Origin: Pseudomonadota bacterium
Lineage (GTDB): Bacteria; Pseudomonadota; Alphaproteobacteria; Sphingomonadales; Sphingomonadaceae
DNA length: 33,909 nucleotides
NCBI GenBank assembly: GCA_018240825.1
Contig: JAFEEZ010000136.1
Span: 1 to 33,909, forward strand
Direction of reading: 5' to 3'
The notes under the pieces are model-generated. The model saw nothing but the letters and a program-made list of their open reading frames with translations. It was not told the DNA's origin and did not search any database. Positions 10,032 through 18,271 of the stretch are shown here, piece after piece; the stretch's first letter is position 1, and each line of letters starts with the position of its first letter. A program made the position numbers and the translations under genes.

Positions 10032-10730
10032 GTGAGCGACACCATCAGCATTCCGACCTTTCACGGGAATGGCGCGTTCGACGCTTATCTTGCCGAGCCG
10101 GCGGGCGGCGACGCCACCGCGGCGATCATCGTCATCCAGGAGATTTTCGGGGTCAACGCCGGCATCCGGCGCAAATGCGACCAGCTGGCTGAGGCGGGGT
10201 ATCTGGCGTTGGCGCCAGACCTGTTCTGGCGGCTCGAACCGGGCATCGAACTCGATCCCGACGTGCCCGACCAGTTTCAGGCGGCGCTCGGCTGGATGGG
10301 CATGTTCGACCAGGACGCGGGCATCCGCGACATCGAAGCGACGATCCGTGCGGCACGCGTGCGAGTCGACGGCGGCAAGGTCGGAGTCGTCGGCTACTGC
10401 CTTGGCGGACGGCTCGCATATATGACCGCCGCGCGTACGGATGTGGACGCGAGCGTCGGTTATTATGCCGTTGGGATTGACGGTCTGCTCGGCGAAAAGC
10501 AGGCGATTGCGCGCCCGCTGATGCTCCACATCGCCGACGCCGACCATTTCGTGACGCCCGACGTCCAGGCCAGGATGCACGAGGGCCTCGACGACCACCC
10601 CAGAGTCACGCTGCACGACTATCCTGGAGTCGATCACGGTTTCGCCACCGAATTCGGCAAGCGGCGGATCGACGATGCGGCGAAGCTGGCCGACGCGCGG
10701 ACCATGACATTCTTTCGCGACAACCTTTGA
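10032..10730 (+). CDS. Dienelactone hydrolase family protein
   Basis: IQEIFGVN, GYCLGG nucleophile elbow, HGF catalytic His; SD AGGAGAG before GTG. Confidence 0.95.
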   Translation: MSDTISIPTFHGNGAFDAYLAEPAGGDATAAIIVIQEIFGVNAGIRRKCDQLAEAGYLALAPDLFWRLEPGIELDPDVPDQFQAALGWMGMFDQDAGIRDIEATIRAARVRVDGGKVGVVGYCLGGRLAYMTAARTDVDASVGYYAVGIDGLLGEKQAIARPLMLHIADADHFVTPDVQARMHEGLDDHPRVTLHDYPGVDHGFATEFGKRRIDDAAKLADARTMTFFRDNL

Positions 10731-10736
10731 TTCGGT

Positions 10737-11387
10737 TTATATCCTGGGAAGTTGCGGCGCGTTGAGGTCAACGCCGAGCGCCGGCAACACGCCGAGCCTG
10801 CGGTCGGTCAGCCCGTCGTAGATCATCGACGCCGCCACCCACACGATCACCGCCAACCCGACGAACGCGACCCAGCGATAGCGGTCGATGACCCTGGCGA
10901 CGAAATTCGCCGCCAAGCCCATCATCGCGACCGAGAACAGCAAGCCGAACACCAGGATGGCCGGGTGGTTGCGCGCCGCGCCGGCGACGCCGAGCACGTT
11001 GTCGAGACTCATGCTGATGTCGGCCAACGCCACCGCCAGAACCGCCCGGCCAAAACCCTTCGCTGATGTGGCGTCCTTTTTCTTGCGCTCCGCCGGGTGT
11101 CGAAGTTCGCGCCACATCTTCCAGGCCACCCACAGCAGCAACAAGCCGCCGGCGGCCAACACCCCGATGAAACGAAGCAACCATGTCGCCGCCAGCGCAA
11201 AGCCGATCCGCAGCATCAGAGCAGCTATGGCGCCCGCCAGGATGACCTGTTTTTGCTGTTTGCCCGGCAGGCCGGCGGCGAGCGAACCGACGACGACGGC
11301 GTTATCCCCGGCCAGCGCAAGGTCGATAACGATCACCTCGCCCAACACGGCAAGCGACTGGGCGGAAAAGAAGGCGGCGATGTCCAT
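10737..11387 (-). CDS. TerC/YjbE-family membrane protein (paralog 2)
   Basis: IDLALAGDNAVVV and ADISMSLDNVLGVAGAA motifs; several hydrophobic helices. Confidence 0.92.
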   Translation of the reverse strand: MDIAAFFSAQSLAVLGEVIVIDLALAGDNAVVVGSLAAGLPGKQQKQVILAGAIAALMLRIGFALAATWLLRFIGVLAAGGLLLLWVAWKMWRELRHPAERKKKDATSAKGFGRAVLAVALADISMSLDNVLGVAGAARNHPAILVFGLLFSVAMMGLAANFVARVIDRYRWVAFVGLAVIVWVAASMIYDGLTDRRLGVLPALGVDLNAPQLPRI

Positions 11388-11427
11388 CTATGTGGACATC
11401 AAGTGCGCAGGCGGCGCTCCGGTTCCG

Positions 11428-12081
11428 TCACACCCAGCCGAACAGCCGCCCAACCCCGACCTGGGGATCGATGAACCCTTCGTAGATCATCTTGCAGGCG
11501 ACATAGAGGATCACAGCGAGGCCGATATAGACGACCCAGCGGAATCGCTCGATCAGCCGCGCGACGATATTGGCGGCAAGGCCCATCAACGTCACCGACA
11601 GCGCCAGGCCGATGAACAGCACCGCGGGATGATCGCGCGCGGTGCCGGCGACGGCGAGGACGTTATCCAGGCTCATCGACAGATCGGCGAGCGCGACCGA
11701 GAGGATGGCGCGACCGAAGTTGCGGGTGGACGGCGGCCCCTCCACCTCCGGAGTGTCGGGGTCGTCGACCGGCGCGGCGGGCGCGGCGGGGTGAAGTTCC
11801 CGGAACAATTTCCAGGCGACCCACAGGAGGAGGAGCCCGCCCGCGAACAGCAGGCCGACGATGCCGAGCAGTTGCGTCGCGATCAGCGCGAATCCGATCA
11901 GGCACACCATCGCGATCCCGACACCGATCGCGAGGATCCGCTTGCGTTGGGCGGGCGGGAAGCCGGCGGCGAGCGTGCCGAGGACGACCACGTTGTCGCC
12001 GGCGAGCGTAAGGTCGATCAAAATGACTTGGCCGAGGACGGCGAGCGCCGCGGGGGTCAGGATGTCGGCGAAGCTGAACAT
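11428..12081 (-). CDS. TerC/YjbE-family membrane protein (paralog 1)
   Basis: IDLTLAGDNVVVL and ADLSMSLDNVLAVAG motifs; several hydrophobic helices. Confidence 0.92.
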   Translation of the reverse strand: MFSFADILTPAALAVLGQVILIDLTLAGDNVVVLGTLAAGFPPAQRKRILAIGVGIAMVCLIGFALIATQLLGIVGLLFAGGLLLLWVAWKLFRELHPAAPAAPVDDPDTPEVEGPPSTRNFGRAILSVALADLSMSLDNVLAVAGTARDHPAVLFIGLALSVTLMGLAANIVARLIERFRWVVYIGLAVILYVACKMIYEGFIDPQVGVGRLFGWV

Positions 12082-12097
12082 TGTGCGCGCGGCCTAC

Positions 12098-12118
12098 CGC
12101 TTTAACTGTATTAAAGCG
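12098..12118. promoter_or_regulatory. Perfect 8-5-8 inverted repeat upstream of the TerC pair (candidate operator)
   Basis: CGCTTTAA-ctgta-TTAAAGCG, an AT-rich dyad 16 bp upstream of the ATG at 12081. Confidence 0.5.
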
Positions 12119-12182
12119 AGGCTCGAGCGCGTCCGTCGACGGTAGCGGGTCCGGTGGAAAAATTTCGCCTAAGGGCGCGGGA

Positions 12183-12305
12183 TCACTCCGATGGCTCGTC
12201 CGAAGCTGATCGGGCGGTTAAAAAAACCTCGACGGCAATCCACGCCAGTCCGGCTAGATGAAGAATGCCCCAGCAAATCAGGAAGACGACTAGACCATTC
12301 GACAC
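12183..12305 (-). CDS. Putative 40-aa single-TM small membrane protein
   Basis: GTG..TGA, translated by hand: MSNGLVVFLICWGILHLAGLAWIAVEVFLTARSASDEPSE; ~20-residue hydrophobic stretch plus acidic tail; GCAGGT upstream; below the ORF-track cutoff. Confidence 0.45.
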   Translation of the reverse strand: MSNGLVVFLICWGILHLAGLAWIAVEVFLTARSASDEPSE

Positions 12306-12433
12306 TGGCCATTACCTGCCCAATGCACGTGATAGCCAGCGCATAGTTCGCCCGGTGTGCAGCCCGGCGTCGGGCGCGGCAGAACGGCCGTCAGCCAGCG
12401 CCAAGAGCACAGAATGGCTCGACGATCTTTCAT
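12290..12433 (-). CDS. Putative 47-aa ORF (possible leader peptide)
   Basis: ATG preceded by GAGGGA-accgcc; MKDRRAILCSWRWLTAVLPRPTPGCTPGELCAGYHVHWAGNGQCRMV; no recognisable family. Confidence 0.25.
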   Translation of the reverse strand: MKDRRAILCSWRWLTAVLPRPTPGCTPGELCAGYHVHWAGNGQCRMV

Positions 12434-12468
12434 GGCGGTTCCCTCGCACTCCCCGGCGAGCCGGGTGG

Positions 12469-12596
12469 TTGGTCGCGTGCGAGTGCGAGACAGCACGCCT
12501 CCCGTATTTCCTACGAGAGGTCTTGTATTCCGGGAGCCGCCCGACAAGAGGCAGCTCGCACTCGGCACACAACATGTGACCTACCGTCGCGACCAA
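12469..12596 (-). ncRNA. Candidate structured RNA (leader or sRNA), family unknown
   Basis: Nested helices 12469-12477/12588-12596 (9 bp), 12480-12489/12555-12564 (10 bp), hairpin 12498-12520 and bulged hairpin 12521-12549; + strand C-A mismatches become G-U pairs on the - strand. Confidence 0.45.
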
Positions 12597-12661
12597 GCTC
12601 AGGCAGGCAGACGGGTAGTGGCATAATTCGCGGCGACCCGCCAGCCCCCGATTACCGAATT

Positions 12662-12676
12662 GTTCACATTATGTTC
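12662..12676. promoter_or_regulatory. LexA (SOS) box, alphaproteobacterial type
   Basis: GTTC-ACATTAT-GTTC is an exact GTTC-N7-GTTC match in intergenic DNA with an AT-rich spacer. Confidence 0.7.
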
Positions 12677-12778
12677 TGATACAGACATGAGGCTGATCGA
12701 CCACGTTGCCGGCCTCGCCGTCAGCGGGCGGACGACGGCGCGGCTTTGTCGCTGCGAGTGTCGGATAGCGGAAACAAA

Positions 12779-12802
12779 ACGGCGTGGAGTAATCCACGCC
12801 GT
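12779..12802 (-). terminator. Intrinsic terminator downstream of rho
   Basis: ACGGCGTGGA-4 nt loop-TCCACGCCGT 10-bp stem followed on - by TTTGTTT. Confidence 0.7.
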
Positions 12803-12843
12803 CGGCGGGCTTGGCGGCCGGCCGGCCGATCAGGAGCGAGGTT

Positions 12844-12864
12844 CGGATTAGCTTCGCTAATCCG
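12844..12864. other. Hairpin just after the rho stop codon
   Basis: CGGATTAGC-ttc-GCTAATCCG 9-bp stem, extendable by GAGCG/CGCTC (12834-12838/12868-12872); no U-tract. Confidence 0.5.
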
Positions 12865-12870
12865 CCCCGC

Positions 12871-14127
<1,257 letters not shown>

Positions 14128-14244
14128 TTCGGGCGTGTCCGGGAGCCTATCGGGGGCGTTTCGAGCGTCTGTCTGCGATAGATGTCGCGACAATGCTGGA
14201 GGAGAGGGCTGAGCACGCGCCAGGAGAGCGCCGCTCGCCAACGG

Positions 14245-14273
14245 GATTTATGGACGCTGCACGGTCAAGTCAA
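14245..14273 (-). promoter_or_regulatory. Putative sigma70 promoter of rho
   Basis: TTGACT-N17-TAAATC on -, followed by a ~110-nt C-rich leader. Confidence 0.45.
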
Positions 14274-14278
14274 GGCGA

Positions 14279-14716
14279 TCAAAACGGCTTCACGACGACA
14301 AGGATGACGATCAGCGCGACGAACAGCGCCGGCAGTTCGTTGACCATGCGCAGTTGTTTCGACGTTAGCGTCGCCGTTCCGGCCGCCAGCTTCTTCGCAT
14401 AACCGACCATCCAGCCGTGGTAGGCGCTCATCAGGACGACGAGCAGCAATTTGGCATGGAGCCAGCCTTCCTGCCAATGTTGACCGACCGTCGCGATCGT
14501 CAGCCCGAACACCCATACCAGCACCATCGACGGGGTCAGGATGATGCGGCGAAGCTTGGTCTCGCGCTCGACCCATTTTTCCGCCTCGGGCGTGCCGAGC
14601 GCTTCCTGGTGGTGGACGAGGTAGCGCGGCAGCATGAAGAGCCCCGCCATCCAGAAGATCACGAAGATGACATGCGCCGCTTTCAGCCAAAGATAGATCG
14701 AGGCGAAGAATTCCAT
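14279..14716 (-). CDS. hemJ: Protoporphyrinogen IX oxidase HemJ
   Basis: YLWLKAAHVIFVIFWMAGLFMLPR, WLHAKLLLV, NELP, VVVKPF; hemE-hemJ-rho synteny. Confidence 0.93.
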   Translation of the reverse strand: MEFFASIYLWLKAAHVIFVIFWMAGLFMLPRYLVHHQEALGTPEAEKWVERETKLRRIILTPSMVLVWVFGLTIATVGQHWQEGWLHAKLLLVVLMSAYHGWMVGYAKKLAAGTATLTSKQLRMVNELPALFVALIVILVVVKPF

Positions 14717-15759
14717 CAGCGCGTCCTTACCAATGACAGCAATTGCTCGACATGCGCGATCGGCGTGTCGGGCAGGATGCCGTGGCCGAGGTTGAAGATA
14801 TGCGGGCGATCGGCGAATGCGGCAAGGATGCGCTGAACGGCGGAGATCATGGCGTCGCCCCCGGCGATCAGCGCGAGCGGATCAAGGTTTCCCTGGACCG
14901 GGAGTCCAGCGGGCAACGCCTCATTCGCCCAGGATGGATCGATCGTTTCGTCGACACCGACCGCGAAAATTCCGGTTTCGCGGGCATAAGCGGCAAGTTT
15001 GGCGCCCGCCCCTTTGGGAAAACCGATGACTGGCGTCCCCGGATGGAGCCGGCCGATCGCGTCGACAATCCGTGCGGTCGGGGCGACCACCCAGCGCTCG
15101 AATTCGGCCGGGGCAAGGCTGCCCGACCAGCTGTCGAACAATTGCACAGCCTCGGCCCCCGCCGCGATCTGGTTCGACAGATAGCCGATCGTCACCGCCT
15201 CGATCGCCGCGATGATCGCAGCAAAGGCTTGCGGATCGCTATAGGCCAGCCGCCGCGTTTCGCCCTGCTCGCGGCTGCCCTGGCCGGCGACCATATACGT
15301 GGCGACGGTCCAGGGGCTCCCGGCAAAGCCCAGCATCGTCGTTTCGGGGGGGAGTTGGGCGGCAACACGGCGAACGGTCTCATAGACCGGCTCCAGTCGC
15401 TCGAGCGCCATCCCAAGCGTATCCAGCGCGCTGTCGACGAGCCTGGGGGCAAGCCGCGGACCTTCGCCGGCCTCGAACCACAGATCCTGCCCCATCGCCC
15501 AAGGGACCATCAGGATGTCGGAAAACAGGATCGCCCCGTCCATGCCGAACCGGCGGATCGGCTGAAGCGTGATGGCGCATGCCGCTTCACTGTCGGTTGC
15601 GAGATCGAGGAACCCGCCTTTCTCCGCCCGGAGCGCGCGATATTCGGGCAGATACCGCCCCGCCTGGCGCATCAGCCAGACCGGCGGCGCCTCGCGCCGC
15701 TCGCCACGCAGCGTCGCGAGCAAAGGCTTGTCCCCAGGCCTGTCCGATTCAAGAATCAT
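14716..15759 (-). CDS. hemE: Uroporphyrinogen decarboxylase
   Basis: PPVWLMRQAGRYLPEY, AILFSDIL, GFAGSPWT, QGNLDP, HIFNLGHG. The 5' extension to 16608 in the ORF track is spurious; exact start uncertain (ATG 15759 chosen). Confidence 0.96.
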   Translation of the reverse strand: MILESDRPGDKPLLATLRGERREAPPVWLMRQAGRYLPEYRALRAEKGGFLDLATDSEAACAITLQPIRRFGMDGAILFSDILMVPWAMGQDLWFEAGEGPRLAPRLVDSALDTLGMALERLEPVYETVRRVAAQLPPETTMLGFAGSPWTVATYMVAGQGSREQGETRRLAYSDPQAFAAIIAAIEAVTIGYLSNQIAAGAEAVQLFDSWSGSLAPAEFERWVVAPTARIVDAIGRLHPGTPVIGFPKGAGAKLAAYARETGIFAVGVDETIDPSWANEALPAGLPVQGNLDPLALIAGGDAMISAVQRILAAFADRPHIFNLGHGILPDTPIAHVEQLLSLVRTR

Positions 15760-16024
15760 ATAAGATATAGATAAGAAGGTTGTTGTTCTTGTTGGCGAGT
15801 GGATGCCGGGGGTTAGGCGTCTGTCCCGCAAATGCCAACAGCTTGACGGCGGCATATCCCAGGAAATCCGACGATTCGCTGCGGCGGTCCCCGTTATCAA
15901 CAGGCTGTGCGGCGAACAATTCGCTGTTGGCGGGAGTGTTGATGACGCCCATTTTTTTCCACCGGTCCGCACTGCTTGGCCGGCGGCGCGGCTTGCGCTA
16001 GCGATTTTGCCGATGTTCTCCACA
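15728..16024. other. Predicted chromosomal replication origin (oriC)
   Basis: Between divergent hemE and PDRP as in Caulobacter and many alphaproteobacteria; AT-rich tract 15748-15794; DnaA-box-like 9-mers TTATCAACA 15894-15902, TTCTCCACA 16016-16024, TCATCAACA (-) 15937-15945, TTGTCCCCA 15728-15736; three GANTC sites; gene orientation flips here; parS/parAB 7-11 kb away. Confidence 0.85.
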
Positions 16025-16041
16025 GGCTTCTCAGCGCGCCC

Positions 16042-16857
16042 ATGATGCGCCTCCACTTGCACCTTCTGTCGGACTCGACCGGCGAGACGTTGGAGAATAT
16101 CGCCAAGGCGGCGCTTGCGCAGTTCGACGATGTCGAGACAATCCGCCATTTCTGGCCGATGGTGCGGAGCGAACCCCACCTCGAACGCATTCTTCAGGAG
16201 ATCGCGCACAATCCGGGGTTGGTGCTGTTCACCCTGGTGTCCAGCGAGATGCGGCGCTCGCTCGAAACGCGCTGTCGCGCGCTGGGCCTGCCCGCGGTGG
16301 CGCCGCTCGATCCGGTCAACGACGCGCTCAGCAACCTGCTCGGCCAGCAAGCCAAGGCGCGGCCGGGAAGGCAGCACGTGCTCGACGCCGCATATTTCCA
16401 GCGCGTCGATGCGATCCAGTTCACGATCGCGCACGACGACGGGGTCAATTGGGAGAATTGGGAGGAAGCCGACATCGTCCTCGCCGGCGTGTCGCGCACG
16501 TCGAAGACGCCGACCAGCATCTATCTCGCCAATCGCGGCTACAAGACCGCCAATATCCCGATCGTCCCCGAATCTCCGCCCCCCGCCAAGCTGTTCGCGT
16601 TGAAACATCCGCTGGTGGTCGGGCTAACGACCAGCGCCGACCGCCTCATCCAGGTGCGGCGCAACCGACTGCTGTCGCTCAACCAAAGCCCCGAGACCGC
16701 CTATGTCGATCAGGAGGCGGTGACGAGGGAAGTCGCTTATGCGCGCAGGATGTTCGCCGACAACGGTTGGCCGGTAATCGACGTGACTCGGCGGTCGATC
16801 GAAGAGACCGCGGCGGCGATCATCGGCATGGTCAACGACCAGGGCGCGGGCGAGTGA
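16042..16857 (+). CDS. Pyruvate, phosphate/water dikinase regulatory protein (PDRP, DUF299)
   Basis: HLHLLSDSTGET, HDDG, GVSRTSKTPTSIYLA, IDVTRRSIEETA. Confidence 0.95.
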   Translation: MMRLHLHLLSDSTGETLENIAKAALAQFDDVETIRHFWPMVRSEPHLERILQEIAHNPGLVLFTLVSSEMRRSLETRCRALGLPAVAPLDPVNDALSNLLGQQAKARPGRQHVLDAAYFQRVDAIQFTIAHDDGVNWENWEEADIVLAGVSRTSKTPTSIYLANRGYKTANIPIVPESPPPAKLFALKHPLVVGLTTSADRLIQVRRNRLLSLNQSPETAYVDQEAVTREVAYARRMFADNGWPVIDVTRRSIEETAAAIIGMVNDQGAGE

Positions 16858-17444
16858 ATCTGATCCTCGCGTCGCAAAGCGCCTCGCGCCGGGCGATGCT
16901 CGACGCGGCTGGCGTCGCCTATGCCGCGGGATCCGCGCGCGTCGACGAGGATGGCGTCAAGGCGGCGATGGCGGGACAGTCGCCGCGCGACATCGCCGAT
17001 GCGCTCGCGGAATTGAAGGCGATCAAGGTATCGCAGACCAATCGGACGGCCTTGGTGCTGGGCAGCGATTCGATCGTCGCCTTGGCAGACGGGAGGTTGC
17101 TCGACAAGCCGGTGAACCGCGAGGATGCGGCGGATCACCTCCGCGCGATGGCGGGCGGCGCGCACGATCTATGGAGCGCAGCGGTGATAGCCGAGAATGG
17201 CCGTCCGGTGTGGCGTCATGTCGAGCGTGCGCGACTGTTCGTGCGGCCGCTCTCGGACGATTTCATTGGGGCTTATCTTGACGCCGAATGGCCGGCGATC
17301 GCAAGCTGCGTGGGCTGTTTCCGGATTGAAGGGCCGGGGGTGCAGTTGTTCAGCCGGATCGACGGCAGTCATTTCACCGTGCTCGGCATGCCGCTGCTTC
17401 CGGTGCTCGATTATCTGCGGATCCGCGGGGAGTTGGCGTCATGA
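16854..17444 (+). CDS. maf: Maf-family nucleoside triphosphate pyrophosphatase
   Basis: GTG start overlapping the PDRP stop; LILASQSASRR, GSDS, LDKP, VLGMPL; CVGCFRIEG looks YceF-like. Confidence 0.93.
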   Translation: MNLILASQSASRRAMLDAAGVAYAAGSARVDEDGVKAAMAGQSPRDIADALAELKAIKVSQTNRTALVLGSDSIVALADGRLLDKPVNREDAADHLRAMAGGAHDLWSAAVIAENGRPVWRHVERARLFVRPLSDDFIGAYLDAEWPAIASCVGCFRIEGPGVQLFSRIDGSHFTVLGMPLLPVLDYLRIRGELAS

Positions 17445-18271
17445 CACTCCATGCCGAGGTGATCGGCGACCCGATCGCGCAATCCAAGTCGCCCCTTATC
17501 CACGGATTCTGGTTGAAGGCGCTGGGACTGGACGCGGAGTACCGCAAGACGCACGTTACGGCCGAAGGACTGCGCGACTATTTCGCGGCAAGGCGCGACG
17601 ACCCCGACTGGCGCGGATGCAATATCACGATGCCGCACAAACAGGCGGCGCTGGAATTCGTTGAGGATCGGGGAGGCGTCCGCGCATCGATCGGCGCGAT
17701 CAACACGGTCGTGCGCGACGGCGATGCGTTGATCGGCACCAACACCGACGTCGGCGGGTTCTATGCGCCGATCGCCGACCTCGACCTGGATGGTCGCGAT
17801 GTCGTCGTGGTGGGCGCGGGCGGCGCGGCGCGGGCGATCCTGTTCGCCTTGGCGCGGATCGGAGCGGGCCGCGTAACGATCCTCAACCGCTCGCCATTGA
17901 AGGCGGCGGCGTTGCTCACGCGGTTCGGGTTGAAAGGCGACGCGTACACGCTCGACCGGCCGGTCCCGCCCGCCGCATTGCTGGTCAACGCGAGCTCGCT
18001 CGGCATGGCTGGCCATCCTCCACTCGATCTTGATCTGGCGGCGCTGCCCGAGAACGCGATCGTCTATGAGGTAGTCTATCATCCGCTGGAGACCGCACTG
18101 CTCAAGGCCGCGCAGGAGCGTGGTCTGGAAACGATCGACGGACTCGAAATGCTGATAGGTCAGGCGGCGCTCGCGTTCGAATTGTTCTTCGACCAGAGTC
18201 CGCCGCGCGACCGCGATGACGAACTTCGGGCGTTGCTGACCCCGGATCGAAGCGCGGGGCAGGCCGCATGA
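17441..18271 (+). CDS. aroE: Shikimate dehydrogenase
   Basis: GDPIAQSKSPLIH, NITMPHK, GAINT, NTD, GAGGAARA, GLEMLIGQA. Confidence 0.97.
   Translation: MTLHAEVIGDPIAQSKSPLIHGFWLKALGLDAEYRKTHVTAEGLRDYFAARRDDPDWRGCNITMPHKQAALEFVEDRGGVRASIGAINTVVRDGDALIGTNTDVGGFYAPIADLDLDGRDVVVVGAGGAARAILFALARIGAGRVTILNRSPLKAAALLTRFGLKGDAYTLDRPVPPAALLVNASSLGMAGHPPLDLDLAALPENAIVYEVVYHPLETALLKAAQERGLETIDGLEMLIGQAALAFELFFDQSPPRDRDDELRALLTPDRSAGQAA

Noticed and set aside
12082-12300. yybP-ykoY Mn riboswitch upstream of the TerC genes
   Set aside because: No GGGGAGUAG-type core or matching junction visible on the - strand.
12443-12489. CIRCE (HrcA) resemblance of CTCGCACTC...GAGTGCGAG
   Set aside because: CIRCE needs a 9-bp spacer; here it is 29 bp and no chaperone gene is adjacent.
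12312-12596. 94-aa ORF on - and overlapping + ORFs 12265-12579 and 12357-12626
   Set aside because: No recognisable domains or convincing starts; the region is better explained by RNA structure. Not strictly excluded.
12469-12596. Retron msr-msd or IS-end interpretation of the structured element
   Set aside because: No reverse transcriptase, transposase or integrase anywhere in the window.
15760-16608. 283-aa N-terminal extension of HemE in the ORF track
   Set aside because: It crosses oriC and is antisense to PDRP; HemE homology starts near 15759.
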